64,000 nucleotides of DNA, from positions 5,951,531 to 6,015,530 of the forward strand of contig NW_003314262.1 of assembly GCF_000143415.4 (NCBI RefSeq), written 5' to 3'. Positions within the stretch are counted from its first letter, which is position 1; each line of letters begins with the position of its first letter. Origin of the DNA: Selaginella moellendorffii (taxonomy: Eukaryota; Plantae; Lycopodiophyta). The position numbers and the translations under genes were made by a program. This document shows positions 62,933 through 64,000 of this stretch, in pieces. Under the pieces are notes generated by a model, which worked only from the letters and a program-made list of their open reading frames with translations, ran no database searches and was not told the DNA's origin.

Positions 62933-64000
62933 CTATCGAGCAGCGATGGATGGAAGAACCTTGGGTGACGAGGACAAGGTGGTGGAGTTAAACGCCTCGG
63001 CAACGTCTTGGACGCTCCACCCGGATCTCTTGAGCGAGTCGGAGAGCTCCTGGACTTTAAAAACGAGGCCTTGGATCACGGCTTGGCGGCTTTGCTTGCT
63101 GCTGGGAACGATGGCGTTGGAGGAAGAACGCGAGACTACTGGATCGTCGATGGGAGGAAGAACTATCATCTCGCAAATCTCGTCCTCCTTCCACCCCGCA
63201 ATTCGCAGCCTTCCAGCCATGTCGTCGAGATATCCATGGAGCCATCGCTGCTGCTCGCTCTGGATTGGAATGGATCGATCGACTTGCGGGCTCTTAGGTC
63301 GATCTGGAAGCGCAGATGGATTGACTTGTGGCAGAGCTGCGATCGATGGATTGACTTGTGGGCTCTTGGCTCGATCTGGTAGAGCTCCGATTGATGGAAT
63401 TGGGGAAGAAACCACCACTTGGGCGCCAAGATTCGCTGGAGCGATCGCTTTGGGCGAGCTCTGTGGCTTTGGATCGTCGAGCTGGGGCGCTTGGCCGCAG
63501 AGATCGCTCCAGAAATCGATGTGCTTGGGCTTCTTGGCGGCCCAGGCAGGGGCGGCCATGGTGAATCCAAGCAGAGATTCCAGAGCCACGCCCTTGGGAT
63601 GATTCTTGCGACGAGACACCACATCCAAGCTCCGCCGCGGCGGCTCGGCGCTGCCCCCGCCGCCATTGCTGCTCCCGGTGCTCGAGACGCTCGGGCGAGG
63701 AGAGACCTCGGCGCTGCGCGTCCCAGCCATGGATCTAGAGATCCCCTTCTTCCTCCGGAACGCGAAATCCAAGCTCCTCATCCCCCACAGCGAGGAAGAG
63801 GAGATCTTGTCCCTGTCCCCTCCATCGCTGGATCTCCCCATTTTCATGGAGCCCATCAAGCACGAGGACGAGGAGCTCGAGTCCTCCTCGTCTAGCAACC
63901 GCGAATTGGGATCTTCCTCCTGATCGCCATGGAAGACCTCGCGCTCGAAGAAATCCGCCACATCGTTCCCGACCACCGACACCTCGCCCGATTGGACGAG
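62933..64000 (-). CDS. Plant KNR4/SMI1-like family protein, 3' part (continues beyond the window)
   Basis: GNDVADFFERE, HIDFWSDL, WLHGYLDDMAGRLRIAGWKEDEICEM and ELSDSLKRSGWSVQDVAEAF are the C-terminal motifs of this plant family; the frame is open to the window edge. Confidence 0.78.
   Translation of the reverse strand, partial: LVQSGEVSVVGNDVADFFEREVFHGDQEEDPNSRLLDEEDSSSSSSCLMGSMKMGRSSDGGDRDKISSSSLWGMRSLDFAFRRKKGISRSMAGTRSAEVSPRPSVSSTGSSNGGGGSAEPPRRSLDVVSRRKNHPKGVALESLLGFTMAAPAWAAKKPKHIDFWSDLCGQAPQLDDPKPQSSPKAIAPANLGAQVVVSSPIPSIGALPDRAKSPQVNPSIAALPQVNPSALPDRPKSPQVDRSIPIQSEQQRWLHGYLDDMAGRLRIAGWKEDEICEMIVLPPIDDPVVSRSSSNAIVPSSKQSRQAVIQGLVFKVQELSDSLKRSGWSVQDVAEAFNSTTLSSSPKVLPSIAAR

Noticed and set aside
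62946-63923. Several plus-strand ORFs over the last gene
   Set aside because: Antisense shadows of a GC-rich CDS.

Overview
Eukaryotic land-plant DNA. Short (mostly ~45-100 bp) GT-AG introns, a nuclear ycf49-like gene and the transposon families suggest an early-diverging vascular plant such as Selaginella; this is inference. The window is mostly nested, decayed transposons plus two small gene islands. The first island (~30.4-33.4 kb) holds a small secreted 8-Cys protein and a POLD2 pseudogene. The second (~60.8-64 kb) holds a ycf49-like gene and a plant KNR4/SMI1-like gene. The main candidate system is a ~12.5 kb Mutator-like DNA transposon (47163-59636) with degenerate TIRs and a CAAAGTGAG/TAAAGTGAG target duplication. 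It carries four intron-bearing or short genes in a symmetric layout: a small CPIC zinc-finger ORF (+), a DDE/SWIM transposase (-), a divergent ParB-like domain fused to a bacterial-type beta-class amino (N6A/N4C) DNA methyltransferase (+), and a second, paralogous CPIC zinc-finger ORF (-). A CpG-rich tandem array and intronic palindromes lie between the two large genes. This copy is decayed. The chromodomain Ty3/gypsy family has two short intron-like inserts inside its integrase, and splicing of one is needed to reach the chromodomain. Two local inversions each flip an LTR end plus its flank, supported by TSDs. Also present are 5S-rRNA-bearing Cassandra TRIMs, a Helitron helicase remnant, solo LTRs, a Tourist-like MITE and four assembly gaps (5310-5409, 37014-37336, 39300-40168, 43210-43309). 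All protein identifications come from recognising motifs by eye; no database search was run.
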